59,322 bases of DNA, filler included, from Globobulimina sp. (GCA_003354225.1; 8 parts of 8 records of this genome joined end to end with filler, not necessarily neighbours in it); one strand, 5' to 3'; positions 20,366 to 30,948 are shown, counted from the first letter of the whole stretch. Program-made: numbers and translations. Notes: generated from the sequence alone by a model not told the origin.

Positions 20366-21842
20366 AAATTCATAATAATCTGATTTTGTTGAGGAGTAAG
20401 GGAGGGGTTTTTGTGTAAAATAAAAGTTACTAAGTGACTACTAAAGAAGTTTTCTGAGACTTCCGCAAACAACGTAGTTTGCGTATACACAAAATACAGA
20501 TCAAAAGTTGGACATATCAGCCAACAGTCAGACGTTAAAAATGCACACCAAAAACATACAGAACATTTACAACAATACATATTGAAGACAAACGTAAGAA
20601 AAAGAGAAGACATACTCTTCATTATAGATTGCTTAATATCTTCATCTGTTACATGGTTACCACCATATTTATTAATTAATTCAGTAAAATTAATGTGGTC
20701 TTCACTGTCTTCAATGCCAGGATGCATAAAACTTAATCCTGAGACTAATGCCGCTTTGTTGTTAGTTTTGATGTCATTTCGGACATTTTCTTGGATATTA
20801 TTTGCATTATTAATTAATTTGTTGTTGAAATTGTCATTTCTAATATTTACATTCATCGTTCTGTCCACAGTTCTTTGATTTGTAATATTCTTTGCCATGT
20901 CGCGCTGTTTAGTTTGGTTATTTAATCGTTTTAGCAATGATGGTTTCGCATTATTATTATTACTGTTTCCTGCATCCGCACCATCATTACGTACTTGACT
21001 AAGATTTGTCATCCACGAATTGCTCGAATTGTAATTATTATCGCTGTCATTGTTATTGTTATTTGAGTTATTATTATTGCTGTTATTGTTGTTATTATTG
21101 CTGTTGTTATTGTTGTTATTTTGTGTGGGAAACGAAGATAGAATTCTTTCTTTATAAAGTGTGTATTCTTGTTCTTTGTTAACTTGTTCTTCAAGATTTG
21201 CAATGAAGCCATCTAATTTTTTGAAATTAGGCTTGAAATTCGCCGCTTTGTACGCAATTGTCGTCTCAGTTAAGCCATAGTAGAGAAATAATTTTGTTTT
21301 TGCTGTGTTTTTATATGTTATGTTATTAATAGATGTATCACAGATGAATTGATTGAATTGATTTATCGCAATATCCCATATTAATTGAGCCGTTTTCGTA
21401 AATTCTAATACTTGATCCTCGCTATATTTCCCAGGCATTCCTCTTGACGCAGTTAAGAGCGATTCAATTAATTGTAACATAGCGTATGATTGGATTGTGA
21501 AATAATTCACTAATTCTGATGCCATAATATTGAGAGCTTGTTCTTTGACTTTAGCCACAAATTTCATTTTAAAATCATCTGAACTTTGCGGAAAGGCGCG
21601 GCCATTCGCATCAGTTCTTGACCATAGCGGATCAGTCTGATCATCCACGACCAATAAATTGCTGGTTAATAATCGTAATGCACGAAAATTCGCTGTTGAA
21701 TCAATGCATTTGTCAATTTTATAGCCAATATCAACACCTTTGTTTCTATCATTTTTATCTTTTAAACGTTCAAATTTATTAATCTTTTGCTGATTGTTGC
21801 ACCCGGTTCGATATTAGCGAGTTGACTCGGTGGTGTTGTCAT
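20335..21842 (-). CDS. upstream ORF0 or N-terminal part of Gag (poly-Asn tract), probable frame break near 21788
   Basis: Frame stays open to ~21813 and the nearest ATG (21842) is in another frame. It overlaps the gag frame at 20335-20437. Confidence 0.6.
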
Positions 21843-22550
21843 TTGTATGATTCTTAATGCCGTAGCATGTTTCATGTTGACACCAGTTAATGCTTTATTT
21901 ACGTTAAAGTGAAACGACATAATATTGTATTTATTCTATATAGTTTGCAGAATGCAAGGAAACAAAAAGTAAATTAAAAACTTAAAGTAAATTAAAAACT
22001 TAAAGTAAACTGAAGTAAGATATAAAACATAATATAATATACATAATTAATTAGATCATCAATCAAAACCCTTGTTCCACGAATACAACATAGTGTTTTA
22101 ATCACCTCCTAAGTTACTAACATTTGACAAATATAAAATTTGATTGATTGACATTTAACAAAATAGAATTTGATTAATGAAATAATATGAATATGAATGA
22201 AAGGATATAATATGATAAGAGCTATGATTATAATCATTGTAAACAACGGGGNNNNNNNNNNNNNNNNNNNNNNNNNNNNNNNNNNNNNNNNNNNNTTAAT
22301 TAATTAANNNNNNNNNNNNNNNNNNNNNNNNNNNNNNNNNNNNNNNNNNNNTATTGTTTAGTTGGACAAGAATTTTACTTGGTAAGCACTTATAATATAA
22401 GTATAGCTTTGTACAATAGCTTATACCGTATACACGATTAAACAATGTACATACAAATATAATGTTCTAACTTAACTCTAGTTATCACAGTTTATAATTG
22501 GCACATACAAATATCAATTTATCATTATTAATATTTATCTTTTTAGGAGA

Positions 22551-25500
22551 TCATGTTATTCCTTCTCTATTGTCCGGAATGGTTTGATTCTGCCTGTTGT
22601 TCATCGTGATATTATCATTGCCGTTGTTTCTGCCATCATCGCCATTTCTGCCATCATCGCCATTTCTGCCATCATCGCCATCATTGATATTATTTGATCT
22701 ACTATTTCGTATATATAAATTATATTCTTGTGTTTCTGGACGTGATTTATGTATTTTCTTTATAATGTTTCCAGCCATATTTATAATATATCCCGGTGTA
22801 TTATCATCTAATAACCATTTTACTGATAAATTTATATATTCATTGGATATTACTGGTATTATATTTGCTTTAATATAAGTGTCTAATCTGGGTGGTAGCA
22901 TTCCCCATAGTTCATAAAGTCCTTTCTTTAACACGTTATCTATGTAATTGATTGGACATATCCATAGCATATGTTCTAGAGTTTCAATTTCATTTGTCGT
23001 ACATCTAGTACATATAGTGTGTTTTCTATCATTGATATATAAGCATCCACTTTTTGCTTTAATCCAATATTCACCACCTGCTATTAGGTTCAATTTTTTG
23101 TTTATATATGGAGTCTCTTTGGTTTTATAATATTTTAAAGTTGAAGAATCTTCCATCATCTCGTTATATTCTATGATCCATTTCTTACGTACTATATCTT
23201 TTACTATATAGCTTGTGATTTTGTCCGTATATGTTATTCCATATTTTTGACAACATTTAATTGCATGTTGTAGCCAGGTTTTCTTATTGGGATTATCGTT
23301 ATATATTTCTAATTGTTCTAATAGTACTAATTTAACTATATTTCTATTATCTAGTTTCATTAGGTGCATTAGATAATTTATAGTTCTTTTTTCAGCTTCA
23401 TACATGAGTGGCATAATTTTTGTTTCTCCATATAGTACTGCTAGATGGGTATGTCTCGGTAGTTTGGATATTAATCTAATATACTCTCTTTGTTGGATTT
23501 CTGGTTTAGTGAAGTTATATGCTTTAAATGGTATAGCTGCTATACCATGTAATACTTTTGGGGCAACATATACCGTCCAAATTTGAGCACCATACATTAT
23601 AGGTCTAGCTGTAGTTACTGCTGGTCTATAACATCTACCCGTTTCTCTTTTTGTAACGTTATATAAATTTTCTTTATGTTTTGCTAATATATCATTTTTG
23701 CTTTGATTTAGAGTTATACCGAGATATTTTGCTTCTTTTTCTTCATTAATGTATATAGTTCTCTCTTCTGATTCTGATATATGCATTTTTCCTAACTTCC
23801 ATTTGTTGTCTGGATCTATATCCCTTTTTATAGGTATAATCAGACTTTTTGGTCCGGAGAACTCTATTTTCCATTTATTAGCATATTTACCAACGATATC
23901 TAATAGTTTGGTCATATTGTATTCTGATGATGCAAATAAAAGCATGTCATCAGCAAAGAATATTCCCGATATATTTTCTTTATATTCCCTGTTGCCGATT
24001 GTAATACCTAAGTTAGATCGTTCTATTTCACTGCCCAAGTCGGCTATGAATAATGCCCATAATATCGGGGACATTACACATCCTTGGCGTAGACCCACTG
24101 GCATAGGTAATCTTTCTGATATATAATCTTGAAAGGATATAAATGCTCCAGGATTATGGTAACTACTTTCTATAGCTCTTATTAATTTTTCTGAAAATCC
24201 GTAATCTCGTAATTTTTTCCATAATCCTTTTCTCCATACTCTATCGTATGCTTTACATATATCTAATAATGCTAATATAGAGTTCTTCTTAGCTTTATTT
24301 ACGACGTGTTGTATCACTAATATACAGTCTTCTATTCTTTTATTAGCTCTAAATCCATGTTGTATGTAGCCAAGTATATTCTTTTCTTCCGTTGTTTTCT
24401 CTAATCTTTTAGTGAGAATTGTTAGATATATTTTACATAGATTGCAACCTAAGCAAAGGGTTCTATAATTCTTAATATCGCTTTTTGATCCTTTCTTATG
24501 TAGTAGGGTGACATCTTGGGTTTTTCCAATATCAGGGAAAAATCCAGTTTCATACCATCTATTAAAGAGTGTTAATACCATATGCTTCATTTCTTCAGGC
24601 CAGTTTTTTATAAATTCTGGGGGAATATTAGTGGTACCGGATGATGTACCGTTTTTTAGTCTTTTTATAGCGTCATCTAATTCTTTATATGTAATATCTT
24701 TCTCTTGTTCTAATCTATCCGTACCCTTTATAATGTTATCTAAACCTACTCGGTTCATGTCGTCATTAGCATCCGGCCATATACCCAATGTAAATATATC
24801 ATTCCAAAAATCTTTTAGATATGATTTAATTTTTACTTCTTCTATTATTGGTTTCTTATCGTTATCTAATAATGTCACAGGTTCTTGTAATCCTCGTTTC
24901 ATAGTTTTCATAGTATCATATAATTGGTGAAATTTACGTTTAGGATCAGCTAGCCATTTATTATGTGCTTTTTCTATACGTGCCATTTCAGTTTTCATTC
25001 TGAGTTCTCTTTGTTCTTGAATATATGTAAATAGTTGATTTAGATTTTCTTGAGTATCACCATCTCCGTGTCTAAGTTTCCTCCGAATATTTGTGATCTT
25101 TTGTTTTAATTTTTTGGCTCTATTAGATATTTTTGGTTTGTGTTTCTTTTTCTTTCTATATCCAATTGTTTCTTCTCCAGCTTTAGTCATATTGTCTATT
25201 ATTGTCTTTTCATTTATACCATCTATATCTTGCTTAACCGTGATATCTTTTAATTTTTGTCTATATTCGGTCCAGTCTATATCCGTCGTAATATTCCATT
25301 TATTTTTGTATATTGGAAGGTTTGTATTTCCATTTTGGTTTAATTGGAAGATTCTGAACTCTAGGTATATAAAACAGTGATCCTTATTTCCTGTACCTAA
25401 TTCCCAGTTGTTTTCATCTATAGTCATTTTGTTTATAATACTAGATGGCGAGTGAAATACGAGATCTAATATTTGGGGTTGACAGTTATTTCTCCCTGCT

Positions 25501-26285
25501 CCCCATGTCCATTTTCCTTCCGTTATCTTATCGTTATTACCTAAATTTAGGTCACATAATCTAATAAAGTCACGTACTATCTTTCCATTACTATTTATAT
25601 TTGTATGGTTACCTGGTATACCATATTCGTCGTTACCAATATGTCCATTAAAATCACCTACTAATATAACTTCATAGTTATTATCATTACACCAGTTAAT
25701 ATGGTTGAGTAATCTTTGACATATATCGACATTTAGTTTAGCGGCATGTTCGTCGCTTTGGTTTTTAAAATATATAGTACATATAGCAGTCGGGCCATTA
25801 TTTTGGCATAATATCCATGAGTACATAGTACTTAATTCGTCAGCATAACCATCTATATCTAGTTTAGTTGGTTTTATATATGTTTTGGCCCATATACTTA
25901 TACCACCAGTTTTCTTACCTATTTGCAGGTTATGGAATCCGACATAGTCTTCGAAGCTATGAACATCAAGAAGATTTTTATATCTAGTTTCGACAATGCA
26001 TATAATATCCGGTGATAATTTATCAATGTTACACAATATAATATCAGATTTATTTTTTATTGCACATATATTATTATATAGAATAGATAAATTTTTATAT
26101 TTGATCGTAATATTTTTCTCTTCTTTAGGTACTTTCTGTTTCTTATGGCGATGATTCTCTTCTTTAATATCTTTCTTTTTCTTATGGCGATGATGGTTCT
26201 TAGTCCGGCAATGATTTTCAGTAATATAACCGTTATCTACGTTATCTAAAGTAAAATTGTTGTCCCTCAGTAGTTTTCCTGTGAT
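22551..26285 (-). CDS. LINE ORF2: AP endonuclease + reverse transcriptase + CCHC knuckle (no ATG before the endonuclease motifs)
   Basis: ILYNNI, IVETR, VGDFNGH, ILDLVF, KDH (APE); QHGFR, LDICKAYD, GLRQGCVMSP, FADD, KYLG (RT); CTRC...EHMLWIC. Frame is open from 26285. Confidence 0.95.
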   Translation of the reverse strand: MTGKLLRDNNFTLDNVDNGYITENHCRTKNHHRHKKKKDIKEENHRHKKQKVPKEEKNITIKYKNLSILYNNICAIKNKSDIILCNIDKLSPDIICIVETRYKNLLDVHSFEDYVGFHNLQIGKKTGGISIWAKTYIKPTKLDIDGYADELSTMYSWILCQNNGPTAICTIYFKNQSDEHAAKLNVDICQRLLNHINWCNDNNYEVILVGDFNGHIGNDEYGIPGNHTNINSNGKIVRDFIRLCDLNLGNNDKITEGKWTWGAGRNNCQPQILDLVFHSPSSIINKMTIDENNWELGTGNKDHCFIYLEFRIFQLNQNGNTNLPIYKNKWNITTDIDWTEYRQKLKDITVKQDIDGINEKTIIDNMTKAGEETIGYRKKKKHKPKISNRAKKLKQKITNIRRKLRHGDGDTQENLNQLFTYIQEQRELRMKTEMARIEKAHNKWLADPKRKFHQLYDTMKTMKRGLQEPVTLLDNDKKPIIEEVKIKSYLKDFWNDIFTLGIWPDANDDMNRVGLDNIIKGTDRLEQEKDITYKELDDAIKRLKNGTSSGTTNIPPEFIKNWPEEMKHMVLTLFNRWYETGFFPDIGKTQDVTLLHKKGSKSDIKNYRTLCLGCNLCKIYLTILTKRLEKTTEEKNILGYIQHGFRANKRIEDCILVIQHVVNKAKKNSILALLDICKAYDRVWRKGLWKKLRDYGFSEKLIRAIESSYHNPGAFISFQDYISERLPMPVGLRQGCVMSPILWALFIADLGSEIERSNLGITIGNREYKENISGIFFADDMLLFASSEYNMTKLLDIVGKYANKWKIEFSGPKSLIIPIKRDIDPDNKWKLGKMHISESEERTIYINEEKEAKYLGITLNQSKNDILAKHKENLYNVTKRETGRCYRPAVTTARPIMYGAQIWTVYVAPKVLHGIAAIPFKAYNFTKPEIQQREYIRLISKLPRHTHLAVLYGETKIMPLMYEAEKRTINYLMHLMKLDNRNIVKLVLLEQLEIYNDNPNKKTWLQHAIKCCQKYGITYTDKITSYIVKDIVRKKWIIEYNEMMEDSSTLKYYKTKETPYINKKLNLIAGGEYWIKAKSGCLYINDRKHTICTRCTTNEIETLEHMLWICPINYIDNVLKKGLYELWGMLPPRLDTYIKANIIPVISNEYINLSVKWLLDDNTPGYIINMAGNIIKKIHKSRPETQEYNLYIRNSRSNNINDGDDGRNGDDGRNGDDGRNNGNDNITMNNRQNQTIPDNREGIT
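22621..22683 (-). repeat. 18-bp tandem repeat encoding (NGDDGR) x3 at the ORF2 C-terminus
   Basis: TTTCTGCCATCATCGCCA occurs three times. Confidence 0.9.
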
Positions 26286-29200
26286 CTATGATGAATTGGG
26301 GGAATCTCTATGGTTTCGTTATATAATCCTTCCATCCATCCATATACTAATTCTCTCCATATTTCGTTTGCAAAGATCTTCTTTCCATTACGTGTTAAAT
26401 GGATACCAGCTATAAATTGATATAATGCTCGTGATATAGAGACGTTGTTGTTTCTAGCGTAATCTCCAACGGCTTCATCTAATGCATGAGATAGTTGTAT
26501 ATTTCGACATATAATTTTATATTTGACGCAGAAATCTCTAATCTCTTTGGTGGCAATTTTCTCTAATTCTTTAGCAATTTGGAAGTGTCCAGGGTCATCT
26601 ATACTTCTTACATATGTATCTTCTCCTTGTATCGGTTGGGTCGTTGATATTAATATAACACATTGGGGGTTCAAGTTGTTGATATCTATTATTATTTTCT
26701 TTAGTAAGTCCGTCACTTTATATAATTGTTCTCTAGATGCATCTATATCTTGCGTTCTAATATAATCTACTAATATATCAGTGAAGTCCATGACACCCTT
26801 TAATATAACGACATCTTCATCTCCCATGATCATAGCAGGAATACAATTTCTCATATGTCGCCATCTTAAGCTTACACAGGCTTTTCCCAATGTTTTCATT
26901 CCGAGATATGTAATATTTCTATTCCATTCTTTAGATTCGTCAAATGTCTCTAATATAGGTTCCTCTAGTCCTGTTGAAGTTGAATCTCCGGCCATATATA
27001 ATTTGAAATCAGGGAATTTATAACTCTTGACGCCTTGGGGACCAGAAAAGGTATGTCCATCTCTATGTCTAATTTCCGTAATATAAAGTTTATCTATATC
27101 TGGGATTTTAGGTTTAGTTCGATCTCTACCGTCCGGTTCCTGGCCTGAAATTTTTCTTGCTGGATGTAGCCAACCATGTCTGTCATCTAAATCGTAATCT
27201 GCTTTATCTTTCAGTTTATCTTTTTCTGGTTGGAGAAATCTCTTAAATACTCTATTATAATATAGAATTCCCATTGTATCTCTAACTTCTTGGTATTTTC
27301 GTAATTTACTGGGATCTATATTCGTAAGGTGTTTGAGGTCGTCACCTATAGATGGAAAGTTGTCAATATTTACCTGTTCTCTAGCTCTATTTATAGAAGA
27401 TCGTGAAGAACCCCGTGATATACTCCCATCCTGTTGACGTGATCTATCAGTTTGACGTGATCTATCATCTCTGATAAGTCCTCGTGCATTATCAAATGTA
27501 GCTGGATGTGGATCTAATCTAAGACTTCTAATTCTTTTCGCTTTTTCTTCTATCGAAATATCGTATGGTTGTTGTCTCTGATGGTCAAAAGTTTTAGCTC
27601 TGCGATTTATAAATTCTGATTTCGACCTTGGGTCTCCTGAAGGAATACCATATGAAAGTCCTTGGGCGCCAAATTTATGATCGTAATCTCGTGATCTACG
27701 GTTAGTATCAATTTCTGCTGAATTTCTTCGGCTGTCAGTATCTATAACACGTCGTGAATCTACATCTCTTAATCTTCGGTGATCTGTATCTATAACATGT
27801 CGTGAATCTCCAACTGGTCTTATATCCATTAATTTCCATGGTGTATTTCTTGGGTTGAATCCTTCACTATCTCTAGCTTGGAAAAATTTGATACGTTTTT
27901 CTCGTGAATCTTCATCTCTAAATGATACCATTTTTCGTTCTACGTGATATTTGACTAATTTGTCTGCACAATCTCTAATATAACCAGTATCTCTATTTTT
28001 CCCGTGATATACGGACCATATATTAATTGTTTTGTTGAAAGAATCTTCTGTAGGTACTTGTTTGAATTTCGGAGCTTTAGTATATGCCTGGATATATTTT
28101 ATACATTTTTCTCTAATAGTTAAGCCGACCGAGTTGGAATATTCATCTTGTATCTCTATTTTCTCGTAATATATTTGCGGATTTGATCCGGTATAGCCAA
28201 TCCCTAGATCTTTATCGTATGATAAATATAAGATATCTAAATTATTAAGGCTTCCAATTTTTCCCAAGAAGATTTTCCAATTTTCGTCGCAATATGCTCT
28301 AAGCTCTAACCATTCGTCATATAATTTCGATTTATATAAAGCGTCAAATTTGTATTTATACATTGCATAATTTTTGATAGGTATTTCATCTAATACTGCG
28401 TAATATAATTCGTACGACATATTTTGTGATAGATTCGATAATAATTCTAAATCACCGCAAGTTGCACACATATTAATTTTAAGAAAATGATCAAAAGATC
28501 TAGTTAATATACCGTCGTCATATGGGAAGGGGAAATCTTCAGGTTGATTTGGCCTTTTCCAGAGAAAATCGATATATACATCTACGGGGTAGTGCCAAGC
28601 AAAGGGATCAGATTGATGACTGCCCAATAATAATTCAGATGCTAATCTATCGTTTTCTAATAATATAATCTCTTTATCGTCATCTATATCTTCCATTTTT
28701 TCTTCTCTACTTTCACTTGGTGTGGATGTATATTTCGCAACATGATCTGCCAATTTACGTTTCAAATTCAAAATCTCATGGTTGTTTTCTGTCACTCTAG
28801 CTTTCATATTGGTTATAATTTCTTCTTGTTTTTGAACCGTGATATATGAGGCATATTGTTTTTGTCCTCTCTCTATTTCGCAATCTAATGCCGCTTTCAT
28901 TTTATTCATCTCATTCGTAATATGTTTTAATGCTTCACCATATTGGGATGTTAATTCAGATTCAGTAGCGCAGTCGTGATCTTGTGCTTGGGCAATATGG
29001 AATTCATAATCTGATATATGGGAACCCATCATAGTCTCTACATTTGTTGTGAAGTTATGAGTTTTCTTTTGATCTAATATATTTTTGCTAATAAAAGCTG
29101 CATTTACGGTCGCAAATCTAGTTAAATTAACGACATTCAACATTGAGCTATAACACATGCCGCATAATTTATCCGTGATCTCAATAAATAACGCATGGAT

Positions 29201-29680
29201 ATTATTAAAAGCTTCATATAGTTCTGTGCCGTGATCTAAGTCCGATTGAGTTTTATTAAGTCCCGTAATCTGATTTTTATATTTGTCTAACATCTCCGTT
29301 ATATAACCTATCAGTGTTTTCACGGCATCTAGATCTTGTTTCAGATATATAGACGAAGTTTTTAGACAAGCTTTTCTCTCTTCTGGAAATTTCTTTTCTA
29401 CTTCATCTACAAGTTCTGATCTCTCGATATCGTTATCTTGATCTTCCATTGAAAAGTTTAAGTTGTCCGATGTTTTCATTACTCCTTGATCAAAAGTTGT
29501 TATAGCGTCATCTATATCTTTCATTTTAGTGTCCTCGTCGTTATCTACGTTATCTAACTCTTTGACATCGTCAGGTTTATCCGTCATATCTGAAATATTG
29601 TTCTTAGTGGAAATATGTTTATCATATACCGTATCTCTTTCGTAGGTCACTCGGCATGAGGTATTTGCCGTATCTACTAA
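26267..29680 (-). CDS. LINE ORF1, >1137 aa, with coiled coil, R/D/S repeats and a C-terminal SGNH/GDSL esterase-like domain (5' truncated)
   Basis: LYMAGDST (block I Ser) and AGIHLTRNGKKIFANEI (block V His). Frame is open to the contig end. Confidence 0.85.
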   Translation of the reverse strand, partial: LVDTANTSCRVTYERDTVYDKHISTKNNISDMTDKPDDVKELDNVDNDEDTKMKDIDDAITTFDQGVMKTSDNLNFSMEDQDNDIERSELVDEVEKKFPEERKACLKTSSIYLKQDLDAVKTLIGYITEMLDKYKNQITGLNKTQSDLDHGTELYEAFNNIHALFIEITDKLCGMCYSSMLNVVNLTRFATVNAAFISKNILDQKKTHNFTTNVETMMGSHISDYEFHIAQAQDHDCATESELTSQYGEALKHITNEMNKMKAALDCEIERGQKQYASYITVQKQEEIITNMKARVTENNHEILNLKRKLADHVAKYTSTPSESREEKMEDIDDDKEIILLENDRLASELLLGSHQSDPFAWHYPVDVYIDFLWKRPNQPEDFPFPYDDGILTRSFDHFLKINMCATCGDLELLSNLSQNMSYELYYAVLDEIPIKNYAMYKYKFDALYKSKLYDEWLELRAYCDENWKIFLGKIGSLNNLDILYLSYDKDLGIGYTGSNPQIYYEKIEIQDEYSNSVGLTIREKCIKYIQAYTKAPKFKQVPTEDSFNKTINIWSVYHGKNRDTGYIRDCADKLVKYHVERKMVSFRDEDSREKRIKFFQARDSEGFNPRNTPWKLMDIRPVGDSRHVIDTDHRRLRDVDSRRVIDTDSRRNSAEIDTNRRSRDYDHKFGAQGLSYGIPSGDPRSKSEFINRRAKTFDHQRQQPYDISIEEKAKRIRSLRLDPHPATFDNARGLIRDDRSRQTDRSRQQDGSISRGSSRSSINRAREQVNIDNFPSIGDDLKHLTNIDPSKLRKYQEVRDTMGILYYNRVFKRFLQPEKDKLKDKADYDLDDRHGWLHPARKISGQEPDGRDRTKPKIPDIDKLYITEIRHRDGHTFSGPQGVKSYKFPDFKLYMAGDSTSTGLEEPILETFDESKEWNRNITYLGMKTLGKACVSLRWRHMRNCIPAMIMGDEDVVILKGVMDFTDILVDYIRTQDIDASREQLYKVTDLLKKIIIDINNLNPQCVILISTTQPIQGEDTYVRSIDDPGHFQIAKELEKIATKEIRDFCVKYKIICRNIQLSHALDEAVGDYARNNNVSISRALYQFIAGIHLTRNGKKIFANEIWRELVYGWMEGLYNETIEIPPIHHRSQENY

Positions 29681-29785
29681 NNNNNNNNNNNNNNNNNNNN
29701 NNNNNNNNNNNNNNNNNNNNNNNNTTAATTAATTAANNNNNNNNNNNNNNNNNNNNNNNNNNNNNNNNNNNNNNNNNNNNTGTTT

Positions 29786-30754
29786 TTAAAATTTTAATAT
29801 GTATATTTTTTTTAAAAAAAAAAAAGAAAAAAACCAAACATACAAAATTATGTGTATTATATTTTCATGATGATTCTTGTAATGGTTATGAAGAGCATCT
29901 TTATTATAATAATGGGTCTTAGTCTTTCTCTTTAAATACATTGCTAATGTTGCACCTAGTGGCATTTGACAGTCTTTACACACCATAACATATGCGGTCC
30001 ATGGCGGTTTAAAATTCTTTGAATTACTCCATGTACGAAATCCTGAAACTAAATCAATAGCTTTTGGAATCATTTTTGATAAATTTATACAATCTAAAAT
30101 ATACTCACATAAAGCACTAGGTTCACATAGTAGTGCCTCAGTTTTTTCTCGGTAAAAACGTTGATTGTTCGTCATAAACGCTTCAAAAAATGCTTTATTT
30201 GATTCTTGTGTGCCTTTCTTCGTAATTTGTGTATTAGCATTTACTGTATAATGTTTTTTCCGTTTAGTAGTTGTTGTTGTCTTTGATTTAAAAATTTCTT
30301 GCTTATTGATTGTTATATTTTCATTTGTGGTTTGAAAATGGAAATCTTCATCATCTTCCTCTTCATCTTCTTTATCCACATCATCATCATCATCATCATC
30401 CTCTTCATCTTTTTTATGATTATTATGATTTAGAGGATTCTCTTTACGATTTTGAGGATTCTCTTTATGATTATTATGATTTTTTATTAAATTTGATTTT
30501 TCAGCAAATTCAGTAAATATTGTATCTTTTTCAGCCATAATTTGCACTGCAATTGTTTGTCGTTTTGGAAATTCTTTTGGCATTAGTTCTAATAATGTAT
30601 CATGAGTTAAATATCTTAACGCATAATAACTCGCAATATCATTTGTTACCATTAAATCATATACTTTTTTTCTTTCTGTGTTGTTTGTCAAATAAACATA
30701 AAATTTCTCAAAGATTTGTTGTTGCTCGTTTTTATTCAATTTTTCAGTGTTCAT
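29786..30754 (-). CDS. protein with SAM-like N-terminus, acidic tract and BED-type zinc finger (probably continues past an intron at the contig end)
   Basis: W...YVMVCKDC...ALHNHYKNHH. GTATGT donor near 29842. Confidence 0.55.
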   Translation of the reverse strand: MNTEKLNKNEQQQIFEKFYVYLTNNTERKKVYDLMVTNDIASYYALRYLTHDTLLELMPKEFPKRQTIAVQIMAEKDTIFTEFAEKSNLIKNHNNHKENPQNRKENPLNHNNHKKDEEDDDDDDDVDKEDEEEDDEDFHFQTTNENITINKQEIFKSKTTTTTKRKKHYTVNANTQITKKGTQESNKAFFEAFMTNNQRFYREKTEALLCEPSALCEYILDCINLSKMIPKAIDLVSGFRTWSNSKNFKPPWTAYVMVCKDCQMPLGATLAMYLKRKTKTHYYNKDALHNHYKNHHENIIHIILYVWFFSFFFLKKIYILKF

Positions 30755-30948
30755 TCTTGATTTTTTGCTTTACGCTAACTAGTTGGTGATTGCTGTAGTT
30801 TAAATTGAACGCAGTTGTTGTTAAAGTTTTTCGAGTTTTTTTTTTATAAAGATTATAAAATTCTAAAGTTATTTTAAAAAAAAAAGAAAAAAAAGAATTT
30901 CACAAGAGACCTTTTTATATATATAAAAAAAAAATAAAATAAATTTTA

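Larger units (their letters stand above)
14923..22251 (-). mobile_element. tyrosine-recombinase (DIRS-order, Ngaro-like) retrotransposon, assembled as a loop
   Basis: Gag-like ORFs, RT-RNase H without a methyltransferase domain, and YR, in that order. The contig's first and last 119 bp are identical. Confidence 0.9.
22352..29680 (-). mobile_element. non-LTR retrotransposon (LINE), esterase-ORF1 type, both ends beyond the contig
   Basis: ORF1 has a coiled coil and SGNH domain; ORF2 is APE-RT-CCHC. Confidence 0.93.

Noticed and set aside
21966..22010. Short tandem repeat AAAGTAAATTAAAAACTT as an element terminus
   Set aside because: It cannot be assigned as a split direct repeat or inverted terminal repeat without flanking sequence.
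14923..29680. Two RT elements side by side next to a phage, suggesting a composite RT system (retron or DGR)
   Set aside because: They are separate contigs ordered by length. Both RTs are eukaryotic retrotransposon types, and no TR/VR pair or msr/msd was seen.
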